In this document: positions 15,769-30,454 of the stretch, one piece after another
Numbering within the stretch: the first letter of the stretch is position 1
How the letters are laid out: every line of letters begins with the position of its first letter
DNA from: the human T2T-CHM13v2.0 reference genome, Homo sapiens
Assembly (NCBI RefSeq): GCF_009914755.1
Contig: NC_060939.1
Direction: 5' to 3' (one strand)
DNA length: 64,000 bases
Translations under genes and position numbers: made by a program
The notes under the pieces: generated by a model
Seen by the model: only the letters and a program-made list of their open reading frames with translations
Databases searched by the model: none
What the model was told of the DNA's origin: nothing

Positions 15769-17934
15769 ATGTGCGGTCACCTTTCACTCAAGACCTGAGA
15801 TTACCTTTCTGATTTGGCAAGGGTGGAAAAGAAACGAAGGTTTACCAAGTAGAAAAGAAATAAAAACTTCACCAAATTTGATACATTTAATTTACAATTC
15901 ATGATTCATGTAGCTTTTAATGATGTATTGTTTTATGCAATATGAATTTCTCAGATTATATCAGTATAATACATAATAAATGCATATATGTGGATGCTAG
16001 CATGGATTTTATTGACTGTGATGTTTTCCTTAGACCCACAGAGATCTTGCAGTCTTACCTCGCACACTTCTCTCTGAAAGTTGTGCTTCAAAAACTTCCC
16101 TAGGTGATAATGGCAACAGTGTAGTGTAAGGACACTGGTTTCAGGCCTTGTATGAAGTCTTTGGTTAACTGAATCCTTGGGGAAAATCATTTCTGAGGTC
16201 AAGATTGACAAAATTGTTTAAGTATTATTGAAAATATAAAACAAAATTGTTTCCTCAATAAATATAATTAGCTGCATATACTGCAGTTTCAAGAGCAAGC
16301 ACTGATGTTAGGACCAGCTCTTTAAATAAAATAGGACCTCTGTGGTCTCTGGAGGGAACATGCATAAAGCAAAGTAAATGATTTTCTGTCAACACTAAGT
16401 AGACAGGTGCTTACATTGAACAGCATTCTAATATGTCTCTGAATATTTATGTCTTCTTTTTCAAATGCATTGCCCATGAATGTCACAGCTGTCAAAAATC
16501 TGTACACAAGAAGATAAAAAATGAAATTAATAAAAGGCAGATCAACATTTCGTTTGTTTGGAACACTTTTCCCCCTTACTGCTTTCTTTTTTCTTTCTTC
16601 TTTTTCTTCTTCTTCTTCTTTTTTTTTTTTTTAATTTTTAACTCAGCTGTGTTTTAGGATTTTGGTACATCTGCATGTTCTAAAAGGCCAACGGAAATGT
16701 AAGTTGACTAGTTGTATTTGGGCTGGCACCAGGGCCTGTCTCAGTATTTAAACACCAAAATAATCAATGGAATTAATGGCCAAGAGGAACAGGGTCTGAG
16801 GATTTTTCTAGCCATTTCCGCTGTCCATGCGCTTGGCTTGCTTGGGTGCCACAAACGAGATTCTGACAGGTTGTCACTGCCCTGACCTGAAACTCAAGTT
16901 TGTGAGGTGAGAGGCTCTTAAATCTTTTGGCTTCTGTAGCCCAGAGTTTTAGCTGTGCAGAGTTAGTGCCAAAACAAGCCATCATGTGCCCTCAGAGTTA
17001 TAAAGGAATTTGGTTTTCAGAGCAGAGATGACTAAATAGAATTGGTGGTAGATCAAAGCAATGAATAAAAAGGTCTATTTAGTCATCAGATCCCTGCCTC
17101 TCTGCTTCTCATGGTACTGAGAGAGCCAGTGTGTATAAAGAGCATGTGTTAAGATGAACTCAGCAGTCACTTGACAAGCATTTATTCATTAAGAAGCCGC
17201 ACATTTTGAGGTACCTGGTTGTTCTTATTAGTAAGTAACCCCCAGCAAAAATATCCCCCCAGATGTTTTCATATTTACTTTGCAATGTCCGAATGAATCA
17301 TTTGGCAACAAAGGAAAATACAGTTTAAAGATTGAATCAGGAATTTAAGCTCAGGAACTCTTTGTACTTTGTTTTGCCCTTGATGAGAATTTTTCTAAAT
17401 TAAAAACTCTCCAAATTGTCAAATCGGTGTTGCAAAAACCTCAGTTTAGTAAGATTTAGCATTTGGTTTCCAAATTTTGGTCATGTAATTGGTGTTTTAT
17501 TGATAACCGCAGATATGAACCAGATGTAATCAATATTGGTTTAGCTCAGATTTGATTTGGAGAACATACTGGTTGCTTTGATTTTTTGTTGTAATTATAA
17601 AAGTTAAAGAAAAACCCCACATAGATTCAGTTCTGATTTGAAGAGGGTCACTGCACATTTTTTTTTTCTTTTAAGAAAATTTTAGTTCGTTGGCAGTCTG
17701 ATTAAACAAATATTTGAGTATATTTATATTGGGAGTTGTACAAAAGTAGTTTGTAATATGGCTCAGTTCAAGTTCCTTTGATTTGTACTGTGCGATTGAT
17801 ATGGATCACTTCAACAAAATATCAACCTCTTTCAAATCAGTAATTTAACCTCTTGTCGGTAAAATTAGGGGTGATCAAATTGGCAGGGACCGTGAGGATT
17901 TTTTAGAGGTAGATGCTGATGCTCTTGTGGCTGG

Positions 17935-18270
17935 AACCTAGAATTTCTCTCCATCTCTGCCCACTGGAATCCTACTCCTTCTTCAAGATCCAACACAAAC
18001 GCTACACTTCCCATCAAGCCCTCTCTGATTCTCCCTAGACAAAAGTATTTTTTTCTCTTCTTTTTTTACATGACACTTTGTAAGTACTTTAATGAAAGTG
18101 ATTATCATATTCTGCTTCAAGTTATAAATAGTGGTTGATGTGTTTACTTCTTTCAATATATCATAAACCGAGAGCAGAGGCTTTGTCTGTTTTAAAATTT
18201 GTATTACTGCAGTTCTAGTACTCTTGTTTGCAGATTACTTGTAAGTGTTGTGGCTTTCAATACTGGTTGA
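17935..18270 (+). mobile_element. L2 fragment
   Basis: 'aatcctactccttcttcaagatccaacacaaacgctacacttcccatcaagccctctctgatt'. Confidence 0.6.
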
Positions 18271-21200
18271 ATCTTTGTTGCTGTTGCTTATTTTTTGTTT
18301 TGTTTGTCAGTTTGTTTTGGTTGGAATGGCTCATTTGGCAGGAAAAACATTGCAGCTATAAAATATAATCCAAATGCTTATTATTGAAAACCTTCTAGGG
18401 CATTTCATAACGTATACATAGAGTATCTAAAAAATATGCAACCATTACTAGCAGTTCACTGAAGTTCACATTTCAAATAGGTTGCATCTGTTTCTAATCA
18501 GGTAACTGAATGATTAGCAGGAGAAAACATATGATTAGAAAGCATACAACCCTTGCTGATACGTATTATTTTAAAGCTCTCCAAACTAAGGTCAATAAAG
18601 GAATAGTACATGCAGCAAGAAAAGCTAGATTAGAGGAAGAGTTTCACCAGTAAACCCTTTTGTGAGCTGTTGTAGAAACAGAACTAATTTAACTGATGGG
18701 TTGAGGCATTTTGGGCTGACATGCAAACTAAGGAATGTAAAAATAGATGAGAAGAATGGTGACTAGGAAAATTATGAGAGTTGTAGTTGAAGAAAATAAA
18801 AAAATGTTTGCTGAGTAGAAAGTCAATGAGCAGATGATTTCATCCGTTTTTATAGGGCTATACTTTTAACTCAAAGAAAGCTAAGTAAGACTAATGGAGA
18901 AAAGCCCTACGTTTGATAAAAGAAAATAAACAGACACTATTACAAATAAGAAATGTTGGAATGCTCTTTGTTTACTGTCATTACTAATGGGAAAGATAAA
19001 ATGACTTTCTTGAGGTAGTATATCATTTTAAGATCATACTTATCTCTTAGCTTAATTCATCAACTGAGCTACTTCATTTTTGAACAGTTTTTACACCATT
19101 GAGCTTGAAGTTCACAGAAGGAAAGAACAAAAAGCTCTGTTCTCTACTATGATTTGAACCAGACACAATTTACTTCAAAACTGCATGCTGTTCTTCAGTT
19201 AATTACTCTCCCTCTGAATTCTATCAGATGTCCCTTTTTCTGCAATTTGGACAGTCTGCAACAGAAGAAAGACATGGGGAAACTTGCTCTTGGTTTTATG
19301 TTGGTGACATGCTTTATGAATTGACTTGATATACTTTTCCAGGATTTATTACAGAAACTGGCTACACTTTTCTGTAGACCATCCCTACTCAGTATAGTCA
19401 AGGCTCACTGGCTTAACAGAACGTTATGTCTGACAACACCAGTGTGCCTACAAAGCTGTTCTAAAAAGAATGAAAATTTGGTTTGATGTAAAAGTCTACT
19501 GTTCATACAATGCCTTGTAACACTGTATTTCATTAATACTATTATTATTTTTAAACTGCAATGTGAGACCCAAGTGTGAGACAAAGAATTTCAAGTTCAA
19601 AGTAACTTGAAGCCACAGGGCCCTCAGCTTGGGAAATTCTTGGAAATATTGGAGGTCATGGACCTTCCAAAAAACACAGAGAAGGGAACTTGAGCTAATT
19701 TTAGCTAAATGTAAAGGACAGAATGACCTTACTTGACACAGGATTTACTTTTTGCCATTATTTTTTTATCTTCTGGTTATTTATAAACCAACAGCTTACC
19801 TAACTACATGCTGTGGTTAACACAATTTAAGCAATTATAGCTCATAGTGATAGTTTTCCTGAAGGTTATACTTCTGATCAAATTCAAAGTCTTGATTGCC
19901 AAAGTTTACATAAATTGTTAATACAAAATTTAAGTATGTGTCTATGTTCCATATGAAATACTGCTATGACATTTGTAGAATCCTAGCATCTAATTTTTAA
20001 AAACCTTAAGAACAGAAACTTATTGATTCTTACAATTTTCATCCCAAATTATTTCTGTTGCAACTTCTGCCAATTTAAGCTCCATGTTCATGTGCAAATA
20101 GAAGAGCCGGTTGTCTCTGTTGCATAATAATTTTCACAGGCCTGAAGACCTTGTTATATTATGCCTCAGCCTTCCTTGCTCCAGCCCAAATTATTACACG
20201 TTCTTGGATCTTTTCCCAGGGATCTTATTTTCTATAACTGGTCACAAAGTCTCTGAAGATGTAAAATCTTATAATCCAGAATAAGTTATGCAAATATTAT
20301 TTTATTTTACTTTATTTCTTCTCCTTTTCTTACTGGTTTGAATAAAGAGACGAAGAAATGCTCCTTCAAAAGTCATAGTAAAACAGATCATGTAGATTTT
20401 TACTTTTGCTGTTGAAGTTGTGGGTTTCCCTTATAGTTTATCTTTTGCTTAAGACATTCTATAAAACCTCTTTTCTAACATCCAGACTTTAAATTTATGT
20501 CAATCAATTTACACCCTGGAAAACAGACCAGCTCAACACTCAGATCAACCTCTAAGCCCATAGGAATCCAGGCAACAAGCACTTGTCTTTATAGAGCAAC
20601 TTAGTTTAAGCAATTAACAATCAAGCCCTATACACATAAACACACTATAATTAACTGTTTAATAGTGGAAGCTTGCTTTTCAATTTTTTCCCTTTGAGTG
20701 TAGTCAAGGTGAATTACTGGATTTTTCCATCACTAAATGCTGCAACAGCTCGTTCTTTTGCAAGTCTCCCGTCTCCACCTATTTTCCTGTACTCACTATA
20801 TTTGACAGTAAAACTGCCAAGCTCCATTATTTCCAACTGGCAGCAATTTAATACATAGTTGAGTCAGTTACTTAACTAAATAAATTGCTTAAAGTTAACT
20901 CTATTTGTAAGACCACAAGGTGTTTCTAAAATGTGCTGCCCTTTTATATCATAAACCTGGATTAGGTTTACAACCCCATTTCCCCTCAGCAGTTTATAAA
21001 TCAAACAAAGAACATAGAACAATGCATAAAAATCCCTGTGAAACCACCCTCAGAGTTTTTGTTAATGACAAAAGCATACTGGGAACTGGATTTACTCTGT
21101 ACAGGGGAGAAAAAAAAAGTTTGGTTTAAATCAGCAGAGTTTGTAAGAGTTATCCAAGCTCCTTTAAGAGCGATCAACTTTGAAACTAGAATTTTGTGAA

Positions 21201-23149
21201 GCCACAGCCATCTGTTCAATGCTTTCTGTATAAAAATGGCAGGACATGCTAAAAAGCTTTGGGCATGCTCTTCCACCTCCTTTGCTCCTGCCCCTTAACA
21301 AATAACCTGCCAAATGTTCTTAAAAGCACATGGGAGAATAAATATTGACTTACTTACGATGTCTCTCCACAGGTGCTCATTACACATAAATGAACAAATA
21401 CACATACACACAAACACACAAAAATACACGATGCCCAAAGTGAGCACCATGTCATCTGGCCCAGCTGTAACATTTTCCTTTGCTGGTTACTAGGGATAGG
21501 TTTCTGAATCAGATTAAATGTAGCCACTGTCTCCATAGAAAATATATTTAAAAGAGTAGAAGGAAGCTGAAGATAGGGACATTTTCTGTAAGAGACCAAT
21601 GACTAACTCTCTTGTAAAAGGTGAACATACTTTGTTTTTATGACTTAGTTGAAGATCTGTGTTTAGAGAGGAGAAAAAAAAAACAACAACCCAGAAATGC
21701 TTCAATCTGCAAAGAGTAGAAAAACAAACAACAACAAAAACCGTAAAAGCCACAATTACTTTTGCACCAACTTAATACATTGTTTTGTTTAGATTTAGAA
21801 ATCTCACGAAGACAGTGATTTTAGGAAATGACTTTTATTTGCTTAGTGAAGTCTTTAGTGCTTTTAGAGCAGAGCCTGGCATTTCTGGTCTAGCTATTTT
21901 CTGAGAGGGTAAGGAGTACAAGAGTAGATATCTCTGGCTAGTAAGATACTGTAAACTTCTCCAGACCTGCACTAATAGAAGGGAGACAATCCCCTAAGCA
22001 TTTGTATTTGTCTCTGGAAGGGCATTTTAATATTCATTTATATTTGGATTTAAGCGCATTGTACTCATGAGAGAACTGAAAGCACTCACCCTGTCTCTAC
22101 TCACCAGGGCCTAGAAAGTCTAACACTTTCTCAGCTTGCCTGCCTTCCACCTCACTTCCCCACCTTGTTCCACTTCATGAAGGGGTAGACTAATGTCTGG
22201 GAGTCTGAGCTCTAGTTTAAAAAGACCAGTGGAGTTTTTTTCTTGAATTCAAAATCAGGAGCACAGACTTTCAAAAAATGAAGATTGCTTGCGCAAAAAT
22301 TGTTGGTGTAGAGGCAGGACAAATGTCTTAATGGAAACAAAGTATGGAAGTCCAAGATCCAGCTGTTGTTTTCTAGAATGTTGCAAACCCTTCTGTTCTG
22401 TTGCAGCCCAGGACTGGTAATCGGGTTTTTTAAGTGTGTCAAAAGACATGATGAAAATTCACTGGAGAGGTTAAGAAAAAAGTACCTCTTAAGTTGCTTC
22501 AGTTTCAGCTTTCACTGGTGAGAGCTGAAACATTTGCAGAAGACATCAACAAACCAGAAAAAAGATCCACAGCTAATCAAGGTTGTGCAGACAGGAGACA
22601 AAGGTAATTATTTAAAGGGCCAACCTTTAGTTGTAGGAGGGAAAGAAAATAAAAAGAAGATTAATAATGAAAATACACAAAATACCAAAAATCTGGGTTA
22701 ATTAATGATCTTAATCTTTTAATATACTTACCAAACTGCCAATAAGCAAGCCATATAGAGAAGTCTGTGATTTATACTCTTTTGCCTACTTTAATTCTTC
22801 ATGGCGAGTTTAAAAAGTGTGAAATTGCTAGAAATCAAGAAAACAAGAAACAGTAGCAATCTGAAGAATCTATAAATTTACTGAACAAAAGAAAACTTAA
22901 GTGTAATGCTTAAGACAAAAAAATAAAACAAAGTAAGCAAAAAACTCTCCAAAGTAATAGCACTCAAATGTATAAAGATTTTGATATGAGTTATCTCTAT
23001 GAATCATCTTTTTGCCTGAAGAGGATAAAGTTTGCAAAGGAGAGAAATGTCACATAAAGCAGGACATGCTAAAAAGATAAATTCAACTGAAATAACTGGA
23101 CATATCACACAAAGATATACTGATGTGTTTTGGATCTCAGAATAGTTAG

Positions 23150-23560
<411 letters not shown>

Positions 23561-25558
23561 TAGTAGTTGTAGCAAGAGGTGACTACGTCTTGCTCCTGAT
23601 CTGAGTTCTGCTCCTCTGTGGTCTCCTACCTCCAAATCGCTTGTGGACTCTTACCTGTTAAGCCACTCTCCATCACTACCTGTGTTGTTCCATGTCACAC
23701 CTATGACTTTTTTTTGTGCTTGCAGTGGTGTACCAATTGCATGGAATTCTCCATCTTTGTAGTTGTTTGGAGTTCACAGTTTACAGCAAAATAACTTCAG
23801 GGTTTGCATTTATTTCCATAGGTTAGTTACTTTAAGTTTGAATTTGCTGTCGCACAAATTCTTGCAGATATTGCAACTCCAAGAGTTGTTAAAATTCTCT
23901 AATTTCTGTAAATATACCTACCAATATTGTCCTTAAATACTTTATCCTCTCTGTGTGCTGCTCTCATGGGAAGGGATTGATATATATTTCTGCCTCCTGC
24001 AGAAAGCAGAAACTCTCCAGAAAGAACTCTTTAGTTAAAAGCCCTTTAGATCATATTTACCACAGTATAAGTTTCCTTCTTTTTCCCCTGTGCTGTTGTT
24101 TTGGTTTAAATTGCTTGTCATTTAACTATTTCATGGACTTTTATGAGTGTATCACAGTGACTTTTTATTCATTTAATAAATATTTATTAAGAACCAACTA
24201 CTAGTGATAGGGCCAAACCATAAACCCAGGTTTTCTGACTCTGAAGCCATCCATTAGACTACAAGTCTTGCTTGTCATGGATTTAAAATCTGAAGTGTAG
24301 AATACACATTCCATTTGAAATAGAAGATAGTTCTTTATAGAACCAGTTTCCCCTATTTAACAGATTCTGGGCATTTTAATTTCATAGCCAAGACCCATCA
24401 ATTTGCTGGCACATATGCTACAGGGAAGTCAATGCTGAAACAGGGAAGTTTGTTTTAAAAGGTGACATTAGTTTTGAGAATGAGTTGATGTTTGTTTTAT
24501 TGTTTGTTTGTCTTGCTGATCACTTTCGTGGCATGTTTTGATTTAATTGTGTTAAGAATTTCTTTTTTTTTAAGTCTGCCTAAGGGCAGTGGGGATGGGT
24601 TCATTGAGAGATACAAATAGAAAATTAATAAATTCAGAGTGTATTTGGTTTGTTACTGCCCTTTGGAAAATAGCTGAAAGAATGTCTTGCTTTACTCGTG
24701 TCATTTACATGCCAGAATGACATCTATCTATAGAAGCAAATAGTCTATACACTGGAGTTTTCATGGATGGAAGAGATAACTACCCATAGACTTAGAGGTT
24801 CTATAATACTGAAAATACTGAAGTACTAAGACCTCAATGGCTTTTACAAATGGGACTTTTGATGTTCTTTACTTAGCTACATACACATAATCCTGAAGTT
24901 TGCTGCCAATCCAAGGTTGTCTCTGCCTCATCTGGAACCAGCTTGAATCTTTCTCAACAATTTGCAATCTCTTGCTACAATAAATATATATTTCTTTAAA
25001 TTTTGCACTGGAGACCTTTTGTTGCACTGATTCAGAGTTTGAATTCTTGCCTAGAATTTTTGGTAAATTTTCTATTATTTATTAGGTTGAGGAAAGACAT
25101 TCTTGGAGGGAGGAGGACTAGATTGTTAATTAGCTCTTACTATAGGCCTGGCATATGCTAAGCAGTTTACATGTATTATCCCGTATAGTCTGTACAATTG
25201 CCTTTTCCTTTTTCAATGAATGGAAACTTAAAAACAGTACATTTGCTATCATGTGGGATATTTGCAAATATTTTTGATCTTCAAAAAAATGTGTCAGACT
25301 TGAAAACTTTGGGAAGTCACAATCTTATTCATGCTCACTTATCTCATGAGCTTACAAAACTGCTAGATGATTGACAGTATAATATGTTTGTAAGAGTCCC
25401 ATCCTCCAGGTGAAATTAATTAGGTTTTTCACCTCTAATCTTGTTTTTCGTCATGCCAGGACTTAGTTGGCTGAGCTAGAGTTCAAGCTACTTCACTGTT
25501 CAAAATTTGTAACTCATAAACAAATGATAAAATAGTTCTGTCTGTAATAATATATATG

Positions 25559-28030
25559 CAATGATTCTCAAGATGTGGCTCAGGGCCTCCAAAGGTTCTT
25601 TGAGATCCTTTTAGGATGTTGCAAAAAGAAAGCTATTTTCATAATAATACATAATAATAATTCAATATTTGCGTTTTCTCCTCCATTCTGTCATGAGTGT
25701 ACAGTAAAGCTTTCCAGATGCCACATAACTTGTGCTGGTGTTAGTGATCTGACAACCAGTAGATTTTTTTGTTGTTGTAGGTGGTGAATTCTTGTGTTCA
25801 ATGACATTTTCTAAAAGAGTGGTTTGAGGGTATAAATATATGTGTGATTTTAGATATGAACTGTTGGTTTTCAATCACTTCTATGGTGTTTACATGAGTT
25901 ATTTGTGATTATGCCATCTGTAATCTCTGCAACTCATTATTGTTCAATAAATTTTTTATTTTTAAGTGATGAAACTTTCTCTGCACCTATACAGGGATAC
26001 AAGAGGTATAGTTTGTGTCTTCTCTTGCAATAATATTAAGAAAAAGATTTTTAAATATTTTATAAATGTTAAAATTTATTTTAACTGTATTTAGTATTTA
26101 GAGATATTTCTTCTAAAATTAAAAAAAAATTGATCAATTTGAGATATTAGTCCAAGGGTAGAGTTTCAGTTATGTGCGATGAGTAAGTTCTGGACATCTA
26201 AAATACAGCAAGGTGACTATAGTTAATAATATTGTATTGTATACTTGAGATTTGCTGATAGAGAAAATCTTACATGTTCTTATCCTAAAAAAAGGTAATT
26301 ATGTTAATTACCTTGATAGTGGTAATGATTTCACAATGTACACATATATCAAAACATGTATACTTTAAACGTATATGATTTTTGCTAGTTATATCTCAAG
26401 AAAGCCTGGAAATTAAAAAAATAAGTAATATATTTTTGCATTTAAAGTTTGATTATTGGTTTACAGAAAGGAGATTAGAAGGCTTGTCTTCCCAAGTAGT
26501 TGTGTGTTTTGTCTAAAATTTCTGAAAAAGATGAAATCTCATGGAAGAATAATTTACACTAAATAAATTGCAAAAAAATGTAAAAGAGGGAGGAAAATAT
26601 GATGAAAGCTATCTTATCCTTGGCTTTATACATACCAGAAATCATGTCATTGTATCTTATGCACTAGAATATTTTTGAATATTATTAGGGTATCAGCTAC
26701 GTTGCAGCATCATTGAGACATTCATGTAGACATGATAAGCTCATTAAAAAGCAAAAAAGTTTATTACAATTTTTCAAACTAGAAATGAAAAATGAATCAT
26801 TTTGCAGGGTAAGTTATTACACTGCCTTGGCTGGAGAAGCTCATACAATAGCTTGTACAGTAGACATTGCTGTATGCCTGCTGGATTAAAAATCAGTAAA
26901 AAAGAAAAAAATGACAGTGCCAACTGACTCATTTTATTAAAGATTTAGCTATAAACTGGAAGGCTGAGTTAATATTTCATGGGCAGTGTTGTACTTTTGT
27001 CTCTCAAAAGGGGGGCTCTACAGCCATGGATGGACTTGCTGTTTTGCTTATGTTTGCTTTATGTTTTGCTTATGATACCAGGAGGTCTTACCACCAACTA
27101 ATCACCCAAAGATAATTGTTTTTTTTGTGAATGTTTGTCAAACAAACAAGTGGTTGAAATATTCAAAGCATTGGAGTTACTCAAGTATTGAATCATTGTT
27201 TTGAATCTGATGGTTTGTCCTGGTCAATATTTTCTTTTCTTGTTATTTGCAGTTATGGCACCAAAACATTGTTGGATAAAACTGCTAGTGCCTTGTAGGA
27301 ATGTGGCACCAAATTGTACTAGTGGTCATTATATTTATCACCACCATGCACTCACAGTAAAATAAATAAGTTTCATTTAATAATGTCTTTTGTGAAGCAA
27401 AAATGATTAGTTTTATTAAATCTTAATCCTTGAGTACTTTTTTAGTAATTTATGGAAAATATGCATAAAACACTGCTGTATATCAAAGTACAATGGCTAT
27501 CTTGAGGAAAACCTCTTGTGTGATTTGGGGAAATTCGTTTTCTCCACACTGAGCTTAACTGCTTTCTAGTATGTACATACATACATACTGTCTTACGAGA
27601 TTGGTGGTTACATAGTCAAATATGATTTTTGATATTGTACAAAAAATATATCAACATTTTAAAGATCTGTATTGTTTGGTAAAGCAATATTTTCTAAATG
27701 ACCAGTTTGTAATATTACAAAATTATGCATGGATAAAAGATTCATGTAAATGTGAGATAGATCAGTGGGTTTTAATGTAACAGAATATGAAAAGCTTATT
27801 GATATGTTTCAGATTCCACACCACCAGCTTTTAAGAAACTACCAATTGTTGATGTATTGTCAAAGAAGAATAATTATCTGAAAATATTACTATATTTTTC
27901 TTTCCTTTTCCATTTACATATCTGTGTGATGCTAGATTTTCTTCATGTACTGCAACCAAAACAACTTATAATAGGTTGAATGCAGAAGTGGATGTATATC
28001 TGTCTTTATTAAGCCAGATATAGAAAAAAA
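25559..28030 (+). mobile_element. Charlie1-family hAT DNA transposon, decayed, with transposase remnants
   Basis: 5' end 'caatgattctcaagatgtgg...gctattttcataataatac...catgagtgtacagtaaagctttccagatgccacat' and 3' part 'aggttgaatgcagaagtggat...tctttattaagccagata' match the recalled Charlie1 consensus; no intact ORF. Confidence 0.8.
26150..26422 (+). mobile_element. L1MA/L1MB 3' end inserted in Charlie1
   Basis: 'gtaagttctggacatctaaaatacagcaaggtgactatagttaataatattgtattgtatacttga...tatctcaagaaagcctggaaattaaaaaaa'. Confidence 0.8.
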
Positions 28031-30454
28031 AATAGGCCTGCCAACCCAGGTGTAATAGAATAAGGAGGATGCAATTATGGCAAGAAGTCCTTACATAGAG
28101 GTCAAGTAGACTGTGGTCACTTTACTATGTGTGGACGTGACCACTTGTACAAAAGGGAATTGAGTCCCTGGGCATCGGTTTCTCATTTTTGGCAGTTTCT
28201 CACTGTCTGTGGTCCCTATTGATCACTGAACTTTAGGGACATCTCTGTGAGGAGTTAGAGAGGCACTGGGGAGCTGTGTACATTTGCTCATCTTCTTAGT
28301 TTATATATCCTTTATAGTACTTCCTTGCTGGTTCAGTTATGAACCAGAGTAAAGGCAAAATTAGTCCTAGTCTGAATTGTCTTTCATGATGATCCTCAAG
28401 CACAGAACACATTGTGGGTCTGTCGTAGATCAGTCACCAATGATGTTAGGTACAGACTTGGTTTGAAAGTATTTTCGAGACTGGTCTCTGGGAAAGGAAA
28501 TTGCTGTGAATAAGAAGTACTGACAATCTCTTATAAAATTGAACATAAAGTATTTTAATAAATTTGGCAAAAACCAGTCTTGTGACTCAGGAGCAGTTTG
28601 CCTATTTACCTTTGACAAACAGTGGAAACACGGCATTATTTGCATGAATTTCAAACCAAAGTCCACTGTAAATAACATTGATTTTGAGTGAAGAAAGAAC
28701 AAGTGGGAAAGCATGTGAGAGCAGCAGGAATGCTGATTATAACTTTTTCTCATTAGCAAATATGTTTTTTTACTTACCTAATATTCCTGCTACAAAGCAA
28801 AATCCTCCCTAGACTTTAAAAAATGGACAACTTGTTGTAAAGGGTTAATGATACTAAGATTTCAAGGAAGTATGCTTTTAACCTGATAATAAAAAAAGTG
28901 TATTGGTGAAAAATCTGCTCCTCTCTGCTCATGAAAATAAATAAAATTACCGATTTTGAGTAAACTTTCATTCCTTAATGCATTGCGAATAAACAAAAGT
29001 TGCATTTTCAATTGCCTCTTTTTACTTGGGAAAGAAACACATTATTGAAATGAAAATGATGGCATTGCTTTTGTCTTTGTGATACTGTGATTTTTAATGT
29101 CAGAAGTTACTGATCTTCTGAAACCTCTGCCTTTCTTTTTCATAGATAAAAATATTCTTTATTAATGAGATTTGTTTTGTTTTGTTTGGGGGAACACATG
29201 TTCTGTTTCCTCTGAGAATTTGGTGCTTAAGTAAAAAGCTGGCATTAATAGGGAGAAGCATATCTCCTTTATAGATTCATCTTCTATTTTGAGAAACACA
29301 GCAGGCCTGTAGAAAGAAGCAGGTCATGTCATTTTGTGGTGATGAATAAAAATAATAGAAATTATTTATACAACCCAAAAAAAGAATGCAACAGGAATGA
29401 GCAGAAGTTAATTAGTAAACCATGAGAATTTAATAGAATCTAGATATCTTCTTATGTACGAAAGTAGTCAGTAAAGTACCATGCCAATGAAAGGCACAAA
29501 CCCTAACTAGAGTGGCCACCCAAGCTGGAAGAAAGACTTCAAGGCTGATAGATAACCCTCTCAAATAATGATTTGTAAGAGACCTGGTTTATGCTAGGAT
29601 GAAAGGTAAGACAGGCAAAGTTTGTCTCCTGATACGAAAGAAACTGCATGTGATGATACTTTATAAACCATTTGGGAATCGTAAGAAACTCTTACTGGTG
29701 TTTGAACGACACTCAGTGGGAACTTTCATGACAGGAATGCAGATGGTCTTCCTATGTTATGCAGATTTCATAAGTCTCGCAGAAGTTTTGGATGGTTAGA
29801 CTTTACCCAAGTGTCTAGTTTGTTAGCTCTAAACATTGCATCTCAGACCTCATAAAAATGCTTCAAATCTTTTTTTATGGTTACAAAGACTTTTTAAAAC
29901 TCGATAAACTAACAGAACTTATTTTGACGGCCCTCATAGGTAATTTAAAATTTCTATTTCCATGATGCATTTCTAAAGGTGGAAGTAATTGAAGAAATGA
30001 CAAGGGCAACATTCTAGATTGTAAATATTTCTCTTTCATTTGTGGCTTACTTCTCTCCAATTAAGTCAGCTTAAAGGTATTTCTGCTGCTAACAGTTAAC
30101 TATGTAGGACAAAGTAAATTATAAGCATATCATTTTTCTCCTTACTAAGGTTAAGAATCATGCATTTGATGGGCTAATAAAACATAATAAATAATATTGA
30201 TTAGTTAAATAAAACATCGTTTAAAAAAACTGCCAAAGTAGAATTAGTCTGCTAAGTTGATGTTGGATATTCACTAGTTGAAAAATATTGGTCATAGCAA
30301 ATACCATAGACTTTTAAGACTATATTTTAAGTAGATGTTTTATAGAAATTTACAGCCATTAAGTTGGGAAAGAAGGGGAGCACTAATTAAGGTCATAAAA
30401 CCATTTTGTTGTGCCTGAAAAATATCTTAAGCTAAAAAATGTAGGAACTGTTAT

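Noticed and set aside
15537-15812. Overlapping ORFs rich in E/G/R/K or P/S/F/L (similar at 43676-43952)
   Set aside because: Produced by stop-free low-complexity or microsatellite DNA.
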